A stretch of 64,000 nucleotides of DNA from Chloroflexota bacterium (GCA_009837355.1 VXTR01000075.1:91222-155221); one strand, 5' to 3'. Shown: positions 49,896 to 60,042, counted from the stretch's first letter. Numbers and translations: made by a program. The notes: generated by a model not told the origin, from the letters alone.

Positions 49896-51458
49896 CTACT
49901 GGCTGCGGAGGGCGCGGCCTGGACGGGCGTTGGTGTTTTGGCCGTTGTCGATGACTAACGTTCCGTTGACGGCTACGTAGTCGATGCCTACCGGGTATTG
50001 CAGTGGGTCCTCGAAGGTTGCCGGGGTGTCCACGGTGGCCGGGTTGAAGAGCACCAGGTCCGCCTTGGCGCCGTTGCGGATGACGCCGCGGTCGGTGAGT
50101 CCGAGACGCTGGGCAGGGGCCCCAGTCATCTTACGGATTGCCTGTTCCAGCGGGAAGAGTCCCTCGCCGCGGACGAACTGGGCCAGCACGTAGGGATACG
50201 TGCCATAGGTGCGGGGGTTGGGCCGTCCGCCGGTGAGGATAGCGTCGGTGCCAATCATCTGCGCGGGATGGGAGGCGATTTCACGGATGTTTTCCAGGTT
50301 GCCGGTGCGAGCCACGAAAGCGACTTCCAAATCCTCTTCCAGCAACAGGTCGCACACCGCGTCAACTATGCGCCCGCCCCGGTGCTGGGCCAGCTCTTCC
50401 AGGGAGCGGCCTTCCCATTCTTTGTTCTTGTCCGAGGCGATGTGGGCGAAAATGTAGTTGTCCAGCGTCTGGCCACCCCACTGCGGTTCCACAGCCCGCA
50501 CCATCAGGGCGCGGACATCGGGGTCGGCGATCCGGGTCAGCAACGCCTGCGGGCCGCCGGCGTGTACCCAATAGGGCAGCAGGGAGTGCAGGATGGTGCT
50601 GGCCGCAGGGTAGGGGTATTGGTCGTAGGTTACGTCTTGCCCCCGGTTCCGGGCATCGTCCACCAGGGCGGTCATCTGCGCGCCGAGGCCGGCCACAGGG
50701 CTGTGGTAGTGGGAGATGTGCACCGGCGCGCCGGAGCGTCGGCCAACTTCCACGGCTTCACGGAATGGGTCCAGCAGACGGTCGCCCAGGGTGTAGCGAG
50801 CGTGGGTGCAGTAGAAGCCGCCTTCCTCGGCGGCGGCGGTAGCGATGGCGGCAAGCTCATCGGTGTCGCTGTAAGCTCCGGGCGCGTAGGTCAGGCCGGT
50901 GGTGAAACCGAAGGCGCCATCGCGCATTCCCTGTCGAGTCAGGTCCTGCATCTGCGCGAGCTCAGCATCCGTGGGCAGCCGGGAGGACCAGCCCATCACG
51001 GCGACGCGGATGGCGGCGTGGGGGACGAAGTGGAACACGTTGCAGGCAGCGTTGCCATCGAACAGGGCGAGGAAGTCAGCTACGCTGCTCCAGCGCACTC
51101 CGTCCGGCGGCGTCCCGTTCACCGCCGCCAGATAGACCAGGAGCTGTTCCAAGGCCCTCGGCGTGGTTGGCGCGTAGGACAGGCCGTCCATCCCCAACGC
51201 CTCGGTGGTTACGCCCTGCCGGATTTTGGCGTCGTGAGCCGGCTCGGTGAGTAGCTTGAGGTCGGAATGGGAGTGCATATCAATGAAGCCGGGGCATATG
51301 ACGTAACCGGTGGCATCGATGGTACGGCCGGCGTCGACCGCCGACGGGTCGCCGGTAATCACCTGCAGGGCATCGCCAGTCACGGCGACGCTGGCGCGGT
51401 ATCCGGCAGCCCCGGTACCGTCAATCACCGTGCCATTGGCAAATAGCAAGTCAACCAT
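49896..51458 (-). CDS. N-acyl-D-amino-acid deacylase family amidohydrolase (D-aminoacylase)
   Basis: Contains MVDLLFANGTVIDGTG...VICPGFIDMHSHSDLKLL, the family N-terminus with the HxH metal motif. Confidence 0.85.
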   Translation of the reverse strand: MVDLLFANGTVIDGTGAAGYRASVAVTGDALQVITGDPSAVDAGRTIDATGYVICPGFIDMHSHSDLKLLTEPAHDAKIRQGVTTEALGMDGLSYAPTTPRALEQLLVYLAAVNGTPPDGVRWSSVADFLALFDGNAACNVFHFVPHAAIRVAVMGWSSRLPTDAELAQMQDLTRQGMRDGAFGFTTGLTYAPGAYSDTDELAAIATAAAEEGGFYCTHARYTLGDRLLDPFREAVEVGRRSGAPVHISHYHSPVAGLGAQMTALVDDARNRGQDVTYDQYPYPAASTILHSLLPYWVHAGGPQALLTRIADPDVRALMVRAVEPQWGGQTLDNYIFAHIASDKNKEWEGRSLEELAQHRGGRIVDAVCDLLLEEDLEVAFVARTGNLENIREIASHPAQMIGTDAILTGGRPNPRTYGTYPYVLAQFVRGEGLFPLEQAIRKMTGAPAQRLGLTDRGVIRNGAKADLVLFNPATVDTPATFEDPLQYPVGIDYVAVNGTLVIDNGQNTNARPGRALRSQ

Positions 51459-51576
51459 CGTTGTTCTCCCGGTTCAGTTTGCGATGTAAAGCGGTATGAT
51501 ACACCGCCGGATGCAGTAAATCACCGGAATATCGGCTATAATTATGCTCACAACCTCGCCACAAAGGAGGCCCCCA

Positions 51577-51885
51577 ATGCCGGCTACCGTCAATCGAGAT
51601 GAAGTGTACGAAGCCCTCCGCACGGTCTATGACCCGGAAATCCCGGTCAACGTGGTGGACCTGGGCCTGATTTACGACGTGCAGGTCAGCGACGCCAATG
51701 ACGTTTTCGTTCAGATGACCCTGACCTTCCCCGGCTGCGGCATGGGACCACACATTGCCCAGCAGGCCGAATGGGCTGTCCAGGACGTTGAAGGTGTTGA
51801 AGAAGTCAACATCGAACTGACCTTTGACCCGCCCTGGTCACCGGATCTAATCAGCGAAGAGGCTCGCAATATGCTGGGGATTTAG
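51577..51885 (+). CDS. DUF59/MIP18-family Fe-S assembly protein (SufT/PaaD-like)
   Basis: ORF 51544..51885; ATG 51577 follows GGAGG. Contains VYEALRTVYDPEIPVNVVDLGLIYDV...TLTFPGCGMG. Confidence 0.8.
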   Translation: MPATVNRDEVYEALRTVYDPEIPVNVVDLGLIYDVQVSDANDVFVQMTLTFPGCGMGPHIAQQAEWAVQDVEGVEEVNIELTFDPPWSPDLISEEARNMLGI

Positions 51886-51898
51886 GCAGCCCCGTCAT

Positions 51899-51923
51899 GG
51901 ATTACGGCATTCGCCGGAATGAC
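51899..51923. repeat. Second copy of the GGATT(C/A)CGGC(T/A)TTCG(T/C)CGGAATGAC element
   Basis: GGATTACGGCATTCGCCGGAATGAC matches the 27465 copy at 22 of 25 positions. It is flanked by CGTCAT...ATGACG. Confidence 0.7.
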
Positions 51924-51943
51924 GAAACCGGCTTGGAGATTAC

Positions 51944-52771
51944 TTGAACATGGCAACGCCACAGCAGCCCAACGCGCAGCAGAACGCCCGACTACAGCAA
52001 ATCCGGAGGCAGTGGGAGCAGAAACGCCAGATTACCGACCGCCTGGCCTCGGTTCGCACTAAAATCGGCGTGTACAGCGGCAAGGGCGGCGTGGGCAAGA
52101 CCACCGTCGCCTGCAACCTGGCGACTATGCTGGCCACACAGGGCGAGCGCGTGGGTCTGCTGGACGTCGACATCGACTGCCCAAACGTTACGCGCGTAAT
52201 GGGCATTGAGGACAAGCCCGACTACCGCGAGGGACAGATTACGCCGGCCCAAGGGCACGGGGTGAAAGTGGTGTCAATGGCCTTCTTCCAGGAAAACGAG
52301 GACGAGGCCATCATCTGGCGCGGCCCGATGATTCACAACGCTATCAACCAGTTCCTCCAGGCCACCGATTGGGGTGAGCTTGATTACCTGATAATTGACC
52401 TGCCCCCCGGAACGTCCGACTCGCCGCTGACCGTGATGCAGACCCTGCCCATGGACGGGTTCATCGTGGTGAGTACGCCGCAGGAACTGGCCATCATCGA
52501 TGCCAAACGCTGCATCAACATGATCCGCAAGCTGAACCTGAACGTCGTCGGGGTAGTGGAAAATTACTGCGGCGAAATCTTCGGAGAGGGGGCTGGCCGC
52601 CAACTGGCCGAGGACATTGACGCGCCGTTTTTGGGCAGCATGTCGCTGCGGCCCTCTTATAGGGACACGGGGCAGCCTACCGTGCTGGTCGATTCCACCG
52701 TTGGAGAGGAATACTCCGGGGTAGCGGAGCAGCTACGCAGCAGTCTCAAAGCCCACGGGCTGGAAGCGTAA
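51944..52771 (+). CDS. Mrp/NBP35-family Fe-S cluster carrier ATPase (ApbC-like)
   Basis: Contains KIGVYSGKGGVGKTTVACNLA (deviant Walker A)...DYLIIDLPPGTSD. Confidence 0.9.
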   Translation: MNMATPQQPNAQQNARLQQIRRQWEQKRQITDRLASVRTKIGVYSGKGGVGKTTVACNLATMLATQGERVGLLDVDIDCPNVTRVMGIEDKPDYREGQITPAQGHGVKVVSMAFFQENEDEAIIWRGPMIHNAINQFLQATDWGELDYLIIDLPPGTSDSPLTVMQTLPMDGFIVVSTPQELAIIDAKRCINMIRKLNLNVVGVVENYCGEIFGEGAGRQLAEDIDAPFLGSMSLRPSYRDTGQPTVLVDSTVGEEYSGVAEQLRSSLKAHGLEA

Positions 52772-54628
52772 TCAGGATATTTCGCGTTCCCGCCCCTCCG
52801 GCAGCGGCAGCGGGCCCGGCGGGAGCGCCATCGCTTCGTCGCCTTCCGGCCAACTAGCCAGCTGCATCCTCATCAGCGCCGCTACTTCCTGCTGGATCGC
52901 TTCCTGCGCGAAGGGGTTCAACTCGCCCATTTGACGAAACTTTTTGTGGCGCTGCTTCACCAGCTTGCTGGTAGAAAGCCGGCCGGTTTCCGCCAGGTGT
53001 TTGTAGATGCAATACTCAAGGTCGTTGGCAGCGTCCCTGGGGTCATTGTGCGCCCCACCGGCCGGCTCGGGGACAATCTGGTCAACGATGCCCAACTCCT
53101 CGCAATCCCGAGCCGTCATCATCAGCACTTCCGCTGCTTCACGGGTCAGGTAGCGTTCGCGAGACGGCCCCCCGACGGTATGATGCAGTGAAATGGGCGA
53201 GTAAATCGCGTACTGCTGCATCAGGATGCGGTCCGATACGCCCAGGGCCAGCGCCGCTTCGTTGCCGGCCTCGCCGATGATTACTGAAACCAGTGGCGTC
53301 TCGGCCTCCAGCATCATGGACAGGCTGCCGGCGATGGCATTGCCCACTCCCTGTTCTTCCGACTCCAGGCGTGGGTCGGCTCCTTGCGAGTCAATTAAAG
53401 TAATCAGCGGCAGGTTGAACCGCGAGGCGAGTCTGATGAGCCGCTGCGCTTTGCGCAGACCCTGGGGATGAACATGGTACCGACCGGTTTCCAAATCCCC
53501 GGCGCGACTGCGTTGCTGTCCGATAGCGACCACCGGGTGGCCGCGCAGCAGGCCCACGCCGCCAACCACGGTGCGGTCATCGCTGCTCACTCGATCGCCA
53601 CAGACCTCAAAGAACCCCTCCAGGATGTGGCGCATATAGTAGAGAGCGTCGGGCCGTTCGTCGTGTGTAGCAGCTTTGAGAGACTCCCAAGTCTCGGTGT
53701 CATCGACGGCTGGCGCCGTCAGTTTAGACACGGCACGGCGGCCCAGCTTGATCTCTTCCGGGTCTACCAGGAGGTTGAGCAACTGTATCAAGCGCTCCCT
53801 CAGCAATTCACGATCAACCACGTTGTCGAGGAGCCCGCGACGCAGGTGATATTCCGCAGTATGCACGTCCGGCGGCAACTGGCGGCCCGTCGCTTCCATC
53901 ATAGTGCGGATGGGGGACAACCCAACTACCGAACCGGGTTCCGCGATGATTATGTCGGCCAGGTTGGCGAAACTGGCGTAAGCCTGTCCGGTGGAAGGAT
54001 TCGCCAACACCGCGATAAACGGCATTGCAGACTCCCGTAAACGGTTGACCGCGGTTACGGTCTTGGCCATTTGCATCAGGGAGAGGACGCCCTCCTGGTT
54101 GCGCGCGCCGCCGCCGGTCACGATGGCAACAACGGGAATACTGCGCCGGGCGGCGGTTTCAAAGGCCAGCGCTACTTTCTCGCCGACGACGCTGCTCATG
54201 CTGCCACCCATGAAACCATAGTCCAGCACCACCAAAACGACGCTTTTACCATCGATGCGGCAGGTTCCGGTAACCGCTGCTTCGGTCAATCCGGTACGGT
54301 CCTGATTTTCGGTAAGCTCATCCTGGTACTCGCTGCGCGCGGAGTCGGCGCGATTGGAAAAGGCCAACGGGGCCAGTGAACGCACGTAGCGGTTCTGCTC
54401 TCTGAAACTACGCCGGTCGGCGACGAGTTCAATTCGCTCCCGCGCCGATAGCGTGTAATGAAAGCGGCAGAAGGGACATACGCGAAAGTCCAAGTACGCC
54501 CGGGTAGCGCTGATGGATTCGTGGCAAAAGAGGCAGTGGTCATGCACCGCCGACAAGTACACCTCTTCCAGCTCCTCGCCGTCGCTGAAAAGGTGGACAA
54601 GAAAATTGGTCAAATCGCGAACCGGCAT
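52772..54628 (-). CDS. Acetyl-CoA carboxylase carboxyltransferase, fused beta (AccD) and alpha (AccA) subunits
   Basis: 618 aa. The N-terminal zinc ribbon CLFCHE...CPFCRFH plus FMGGSMSSVVGEKV...GGARNQEG match AccD. RPDALYYMRHILEGFFEVCGDR...PQGLRKAQRLIRLASRFNLPLITLIDSQGA match AccA. Confidence 0.85.
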   Translation of the reverse strand: MPVRDLTNFLVHLFSDGEELEEVYLSAVHDHCLFCHESISATRAYLDFRVCPFCRFHYTLSARERIELVADRRSFREQNRYVRSLAPLAFSNRADSARSEYQDELTENQDRTGLTEAAVTGTCRIDGKSVVLVVLDYGFMGGSMSSVVGEKVALAFETAARRSIPVVAIVTGGGARNQEGVLSLMQMAKTVTAVNRLRESAMPFIAVLANPSTGQAYASFANLADIIIAEPGSVVGLSPIRTMMEATGRQLPPDVHTAEYHLRRGLLDNVVDRELLRERLIQLLNLLVDPEEIKLGRRAVSKLTAPAVDDTETWESLKAATHDERPDALYYMRHILEGFFEVCGDRVSSDDRTVVGGVGLLRGHPVVAIGQQRSRAGDLETGRYHVHPQGLRKAQRLIRLASRFNLPLITLIDSQGADPRLESEEQGVGNAIAGSLSMMLEAETPLVSVIIGEAGNEAALALGVSDRILMQQYAIYSPISLHHTVGGPSRERYLTREAAEVLMMTARDCEELGIVDQIVPEPAGGAHNDPRDAANDLEYCIYKHLAETGRLSTSKLVKQRHKKFRQMGELNPFAQEAIQQEVAALMRMQLASWPEGDEAMALPPGPLPLPEGREREIS

Positions 54629-54747
54629 CTGTCCCTCCTATGGACACCGGAAACAGTCACTGGCAGCCCCATGGCCCCGCACGACAAATGCCATGGGCGG
54701 CATTTTGCGGTTGGTTTTAATTGTACACAGCCCATGTTTCAGCAGTA

Positions 54748-56235
54748 TTACGAAGCGCGTACGAATTTAATCAGAGTTGCGGCGCGGACACCATTTTCCG
54801 CCGGGCCAAGGGCAGCCCAATCCGCGATGCGTACCCCAACCGCCCAAGCAAGGCCTTGAGGAGTAATCACCAAGGGCACCCTCGGACGCCATCGGCGGGG
54901 GACTCCGGCATCGGTAAAAACGTCCTGCAGCTTGCGGTGGCCAGACATCCCCAGCGGCTGTATCCGGTCGCCCGGCTGCCAGACGCGCACCGTCGCCCCG
55001 GATGCTAATGCGGCCGGGGACAGGTAGGCAGACATGGGGTCGCCGGTATCCAGAGACGCGTCGTCCGGCAAAGTTACCGCCTGGCAGGTAACTTCCCATC
55101 CGTCTCGTCTGGTAACCGCCACGGCTATGGGCCCCCAGGGCAGGGTGAGGCGAAATTCGCCGCCTATTGCGGGATAAGGGCAATCGTGGTCGGACGGCGT
55201 TTGCGGTGAGAGTTCGAGCCACTCCCGTTGTGTCCAGGCTGTGTAACCACCTGGGAGGGTTATCATCTTGCCTGACCCGGCGTCGGAGGCCATCGCGGCC
55301 AACTGTCGCAGGTGGCTTTCGGTCAGCCGGCGGCTGTCTCCCTTGACCTTAATCCAGGCTCGCCGCAGCAGCAGGGGCTGCAAAGCGGGATGAAGTTCGG
55401 CCAGGGCGTGGCGATGCAAGCGGAGGACGCCGCCGGATGCAAAGGGTTCGGGGGCGACGGTCGGCCAAAGAGCAGTAGCCTGCGCTTCCAAGTAGTCCAG
55501 CTGAACGGCCGCTGTCTGCGACAGACGGCTCAGGGCGTACACAATCCCGGAGTTCAACTGCTCTGCCAGGGCCGGCATCAGATTGAGGCGTACCCGGTTA
55601 CGAGCGAAATCCTCCATGTAGTTGGTGCGGTCATCCCGGTAGTCGATGCCGGTTTGGTCACAGAAGGCGATGGTGTCGGCGCGGCGCAAAGCCAGCAATG
55701 GCCGCCAGAGGAGGGGGGCATCGTGGCTATACGGGTAAGGCCATGGGTTCAGCTCCTGCATCCCTCGCAGGCCGTGGAGTCCGCTGCCGCGGGCGATGTG
55801 CAGCAGCACAGTTTCCGCCAAGTCGTCGGCGGTGTGTCCCAAAGCCACATAGCGCGCACCTACTTTGCGGGCCGCTCGTGCCAGAAAGGCATAGCGCAAA
55901 TCCCGGGCCGCCTGCTCAAAGGAGCTGACCCCGGACTCGTGCTGGTAGGCCGGCACGTCCACCTCTTCTACCGTACAGGGACAATCGTTTGCTTGCGCCA
56001 GCCGTTGCACGAAGTCGGCGTCGTCATAGGATTCCTGGCCCCGGAAGTCATGGATGAGATGGGCAATGTGTAGTTGGAACCCCAACAGCCGCGCAATGTC
56101 CAGTAGCATGAGGGCCAAAGCGGTGGAATCGGGGCCGCCGGAAACGCCGGCCAACACGGCGGCGGCGGGGCCCAGGCCGAGCCGCCGGGCTGACGCCAGC
56201 ACCGTCGGATGGAGTCGTAGGGGATTAGTAGCCAA
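54748..56235 (-). CDS. tilS: tRNA(Ile)-lysidine synthetase
   Basis: Contains the PP-loop LAGVSGGPDSTALALML and HLIHDFRG, with a long C-terminal substrate-binding region. Confidence 0.85.
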   Translation of the reverse strand: MATNPLRLHPTVLASARRLGLGPAAAVLAGVSGGPDSTALALMLLDIARLLGFQLHIAHLIHDFRGQESYDDADFVQRLAQANDCPCTVEEVDVPAYQHESGVSSFEQAARDLRYAFLARAARKVGARYVALGHTADDLAETVLLHIARGSGLHGLRGMQELNPWPYPYSHDAPLLWRPLLALRRADTIAFCDQTGIDYRDDRTNYMEDFARNRVRLNLMPALAEQLNSGIVYALSRLSQTAAVQLDYLEAQATALWPTVAPEPFASGGVLRLHRHALAELHPALQPLLLRRAWIKVKGDSRRLTESHLRQLAAMASDAGSGKMITLPGGYTAWTQREWLELSPQTPSDHDCPYPAIGGEFRLTLPWGPIAVAVTRRDGWEVTCQAVTLPDDASLDTGDPMSAYLSPAALASGATVRVWQPGDRIQPLGMSGHRKLQDVFTDAGVPRRWRPRVPLVITPQGLAWAVGVRIADWAALGPAENGVRAATLIKFVRAS

Positions 56236-56851
56236 CGCGGTTTTCAGGCGTGAGGTGGTCGACAGCGTTATAGCTGCTCATCCGTCGTCCCCGTGATCCC
56301 GTCCTGATGGTGGTACAACTGCCCAGGGACAAATCCATGTGGTTGATGTTCGCTAGCGGCAGGCCGATGACGGCAGCGACGATGCAACGGATGGTGAAAT
56401 TGTGGGTAACGGCGATCACGGCGTCTTCAAGGCCGTGGCAGGTGTCCATTTCATCAAAGGCGGACATGGCCCGTTGCTGAACGTCGCCCAGCGATTCGCC
56501 GTCGGGCATGGTGACGCTGCTGGCGTCCCGCCGCCAGCCCTGGTAAAGGTCAGGCCAGCCTTCCCGCATTTCCTGTATCGTAACGCCCTCGAGCGCCCCC
56601 ATGTTCATCTCGGTGATGCGCGGCTCAACGGTGACGGGCAGTCCGGTCAGGTCGCCAATCTGAGCCGCGACGTCCCGGGCGCGGCTCAAGGGGCTGGAAT
56701 AAATGGCCACTGGATTCCACGCCAGGCTGGCGATGCCCATCTCCCGAGCCTGCCGGCGACCCAGCGGTGTCAGCACTGAGTTAGTGGTGCCTTGCAGTCG
56801 TCCGGCCGCGTTGATGTCCGTTTCTCCGTGGCGCAGCAGGTGGAGCCTCAT
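56225..56851 (-). CDS. Histidine phosphatase family protein (phosphoglycerate mutase-like)
   Basis: Contains MRLHLLRHGETDINAAGRLQG (RHG motif) and ...VTHNFTIR. Confidence 0.85.
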   Translation of the reverse strand: MRLHLLRHGETDINAAGRLQGTTNSVLTPLGRRQAREMGIASLAWNPVAIYSSPLSRARDVAAQIGDLTGLPVTVEPRITEMNMGALEGVTIQEMREGWPDLYQGWRRDASSVTMPDGESLGDVQQRAMSAFDEMDTCHGLEDAVIAVTHNFTIRCIVAAVIGLPLANINHMDLSLGSCTTIRTGSRGRRMSSYNAVDHLTPENRVGY

Positions 56852-58230
56852 TCTACGCCATTCTCCCCTTGCGCCGCCGCGCGCTCCAGGCGCACCTGGT
56901 TGATGCGCGCGCCTACCATGCCGGTAACGGTCAAAACCAGGCCTTCCGTCTGCACCGTGTCGGCGGTTCTGGGAATCTCGCCTTCGCGCTGGTGCAGCAC
57001 GAGTCCGGCGATCGTATGGTATTCGCCCTCGGGCAGGGCGATGCCGTCCTCTTCAAGGCGGTCGTTAATCTCAATGATGGTCATGCCGCCGTCCAGCAGG
57101 TATGAGCCGTCAGCCTGCGGCAGGATGCCGCTGTCGGCGATTTCGGAAGGTGGGTCGTCATCCACCATCGTGCCAACGATGACGCCGGTGAGCTGCTTCA
57201 GCGTTACCAGTCCGGCGATTCCTCCGTACTCATTGGTAACGAGCATCATGGAAAGGCGTTTCGCCTGCATGGTGTCAAAGGCATCGGACACTGTAACCGT
57301 TTCGGGTATGAAGTCAACATCGCGCATCGTTTCGGTAACCGGGTCGTCGGGCCCAATCAGCCCCCGGCTCTGGGCAATAAGCACTTCCTTGTTGGAAAGC
57401 ACGCCCAGCACGGTTTCCTGAGTGCCCTCAAAAATGGGGAAGCGGGTATGGCTGTTCTCTGCGTAGAGCTGTAGAAACTGTTCCAGTGTAGTGCCCCTTT
57501 CAATCCAGACGATTTCCGTGCGGGGTGTCATTATCTCGCTGAGCCGCCGGTCCCGGAAGTGAAACACCCGGTTCAACCGCTCGGCCTCTTCCGACTCTAC
57601 CGCACCCTGCTCCCGGGACAGATCGATCATCATCCGCAACTCGCCCTCAGTGAAAGTGGTTTGCCAGCCATTGGCCGGCGTGCGGAGAATTTTGTAGATC
57701 AAACGGGGCACCGCCGTGAAGAAGTAGATGAACGGTGTACACACCAACATCGTCCAACTTACCGGGCGAGCAGCAATCAGCGACCACCGTTCCGAGTACG
57801 TCGCGGCCACCGTCTTGGGCGTAATTTCACCGAAAATGGAAATCACCACCGTCATAATCACCGTTGTCAGAATCGCAGCATATCCCGCATCGCCCAGGGC
57901 TTCTGCCGCCAACGCCGTTCCGATGGCAGTAGCAAATATTGTGAAAGCGTTCTGGCTCAACAAGATGGTGGCAAAGAACTTCTCATGCTGGGACAGCACG
58001 TTGTCCACTGCGCGCGCCGCCGCACTCCCTTGCTCGACCAGGAACCGAATGCGGATTTTGTTGACGGCAATCAACGCCGATTCCGCGCTGGTAAAAAAAA
58101 TGATGCCGAAAAAACTGACGATTAGCAACCACACTTGCAGGCTCGTCGGGATATCCAATCCGCCGTTGGATGTTCCGGCCTGCAACAAAACAACCGACCA
58201 GGATAAACCGTCGGGCGCAATGTCCATCAT
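56848..58230 (-). CDS. CNNM/HlyC/CorC-family transporter (DUF21, CBS pair, CorC_HlyC)
   Basis: 460 aa with N-terminal TM helices, CBS repeats and the C-terminal ...YHTIAGLVLHQREGEIP... Its stop overlaps the next start (ATGA). Confidence 0.85.
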   Translation of the reverse strand: MMDIAPDGLSWSVVLLQAGTSNGGLDIPTSLQVWLLIVSFFGIIFFTSAESALIAVNKIRIRFLVEQGSAAARAVDNVLSQHEKFFATILLSQNAFTIFATAIGTALAAEALGDAGYAAILTTVIMTVVISIFGEITPKTVAATYSERWSLIAARPVSWTMLVCTPFIYFFTAVPRLIYKILRTPANGWQTTFTEGELRMMIDLSREQGAVESEEAERLNRVFHFRDRRLSEIMTPRTEIVWIERGTTLEQFLQLYAENSHTRFPIFEGTQETVLGVLSNKEVLIAQSRGLIGPDDPVTETMRDVDFIPETVTVSDAFDTMQAKRLSMMLVTNEYGGIAGLVTLKQLTGVIVGTMVDDDPPSEIADSGILPQADGSYLLDGGMTIIEINDRLEEDGIALPEGEYHTIAGLVLHQREGEIPRTADTVQTEGLVLTVTGMVGARINQVRLERAAAQGENGVE

Positions 58231-58348
58231 CGGGGTGATTTTCCTCCTGCGGGACGCGGGCCGACCGTCGCTAGGAGCAGGTCAAACCCGATTTTCATTA
58301 TTTACAGGAAGGATAACACCGGCTGCCAGCCGGCGCAAAGGCACCGCC

Positions 58349-58357
58349 TGCTATAAT
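58349..58357 (+). promoter_or_regulatory. Extended -10 promoter (TGcTATAAT) very close to the tsaD ATG
   Basis: TG at 58349-58350 and TATAAT at 58352-58357. The ATG is at 58366, only 8 nt downstream, with no Shine-Dalgarno between them. Confidence 0.45.
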
Positions 58358-58365
58358 CCAAGCCC

Positions 58366-59466
58366 ATGCTTATTCTCGGTATTGAAACATCCTGCGACGA
58401 AACTGCCGTCGGCATCGTGGAAGACGGACGCCGTCTGCGCGCCAACGCAATCGCCTCTCAATCGGCGCTGCACGCAGCTCATGGCGGCGTGGTGCCCGAG
58501 CTGGCCTCCCGCCAGCACATCCGCGACATGCAGCCCACCTTGCTGCGGGCCTTGACCGACGCTGGCGTAACGCTGGACGACGTTGACGCCGTGGCCGTAA
58601 CCCACGGCCCGGGACTGGCCGGCGCGCTCATCTCCGGCGTGAATACGGCCAAGTCTCTGTCTTTGACGCTGGGCGTTCCATTAATCGGCGTGAATCACCT
58701 GGAAGGGCACATCTACGCCGCCTGGTTGGCGTCCGGCAGTACGGGCTCCGACGGACCGGCACCGGCGGAAGAACCCGGTTTCCCCCTGGCCTGCCTGGTG
58801 GCTTCCGGTGGGCACACCGATCTAATCCTGATGGAGGGACACGGCGACTATCGCCTGGTCGGGCGCACTCGCGACGACGCCGCCGGTGAAGCTTTTGACA
58901 AGGCAGCACGCGTCCTGGGCCTGGGTTTTCCGGGCGGGCCGGAGATTCAAAAGGCCGCCGAGTCGCTGACCACCTTCGCTGAGGATGACTTTGAACATAC
59001 CGAACTGACGACGCTGGCGTCGGCGCCCCTGCCCCGGGCCTGGATGCGCGATACCCTGGATTTCAGCTTCAGCGGGGTGAAAACCGCGCTGCTGCATCGT
59101 GCGCAGGACGTGGGACTGTACCCGCCAACAGACTTGCCGCAACCCGATACCGAGCGCAAGGTTGCAGCTTTGGCTGCCGAGTTTCAAGAATCACTGGTTG
59201 ACGTGATGACGGCCAAGCTGCTGGCCATGGCCGAGCGTTACCATGCCAGGGGACTGATACTGGGCGGAGGCGTAACGGCCAACGCCCGCCTGCGACAGCG
59301 CATTCTGAGCGAATCTCCGCTGCCGGCAGTCATACCCCCGCCGGTGCTGTGCACCGATAACGGCGCCATGATTGCCGCCGGCGCATATTATCAGCAGCAA
59401 CGGGGAGAAATTGCAGATCTGTCCCTGGACGTTGACCCTTCACTGCCTTTCGGCCGACCGGACTGA
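58366..59466 (+). CDS. tsaD: tRNA N6-adenosine threonylcarbamoyltransferase
   Basis: Contains MLILGIETSCDETAVGIVEDG...HGGVVPELASRQH...GPGLAGALISG. Confidence 0.95.
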   Translation: MLILGIETSCDETAVGIVEDGRRLRANAIASQSALHAAHGGVVPELASRQHIRDMQPTLLRALTDAGVTLDDVDAVAVTHGPGLAGALISGVNTAKSLSLTLGVPLIGVNHLEGHIYAAWLASGSTGSDGPAPAEEPGFPLACLVASGGHTDLILMEGHGDYRLVGRTRDDAAGEAFDKAARVLGLGFPGGPEIQKAAESLTTFAEDDFEHTELTTLASAPLPRAWMRDTLDFSFSGVKTALLHRAQDVGLYPPTDLPQPDTERKVAALAAEFQESLVDVMTAKLLAMAERYHARGLILGGGVTANARLRQRILSESPLPAVIPPPVLCTDNGAMIAAGAYYQQQRGEIADLSLDVDPSLPFGRPD

Positions 59467-60042
59467 ATCCCCGTTTCCCACGGCCGACTGCAGCAGCAGT
59501 AAGCGGTTGGCAAATTCCTGCAGGTCCTGAAATTCGGCCACGCACTCGGTTTCCAATGTCCAGTTGACGCCGGAGATTTGTAACCTGCGGCCTCCGGCTT
59601 GCGTCAAGCCGCGCCAGAACAGCCATCCGGCCAGCACGACCAGCGCCATGATAACCAGCGCGAAGGCGTGTAAGTTGATTACCGGGATAACCACCTCGGG
59701 CAGGCGGTCAACCAGCCAGTAACCCAGGAGGAGATAGACTATCAACCCCCCCGCTGCCAGGGACGCCCAATGCTTCCAGGAAAGTCCACGACGGGCGTCT
59801 TCCCGGAGGCTGACCTGGGACACTGACGTCAGGGCATACATCTCAGTTATGCGGGTCCGTCCGCTGTCAGAAGCGTTGATAAGGCGACGGTCGGTGGCCA
59901 CCAGCAGGCGTCCACTGGAGGAAGGCTCCGCGAGCAGGCCGCTTTCGGTATTCAAAATGGCCGCAACCCGCTCATACGGCAGCAGGGGCACGCCGCGAAC
60001 GCGAGATAGGTATGAGGTTTCCGGTTGCATCTGAATCCGCAT
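59440..60042 (-). CDS. Hypothetical membrane protein with an N-terminal PH/GRAM-like segment (tentative)
   Basis: ORF 59440..60297 trimmed to ATG 60042 (or 60030), because the upstream part overlaps the T-box leader. Contains GRLLVATDRRLI and two TM helices (AAGGLIVYLLLGYWLV, LHAFALVIMALVVLAGWLFW). Confidence 0.4.
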   Translation of the reverse strand: MRIQMQPETSYLSRVRGVPLLPYERVAAILNTESGLLAEPSSSGRLLVATDRRLINASDSGRTRITEMYALTSVSQVSLREDARRGLSWKHWASLAAGGLIVYLLLGYWLVDRLPEVVIPVINLHAFALVIMALVVLAGWLFWRGLTQAGGRRLQISGVNWTLETECVAEFQDLQEFANRLLLLQSAVGNGDSVRSAERQ

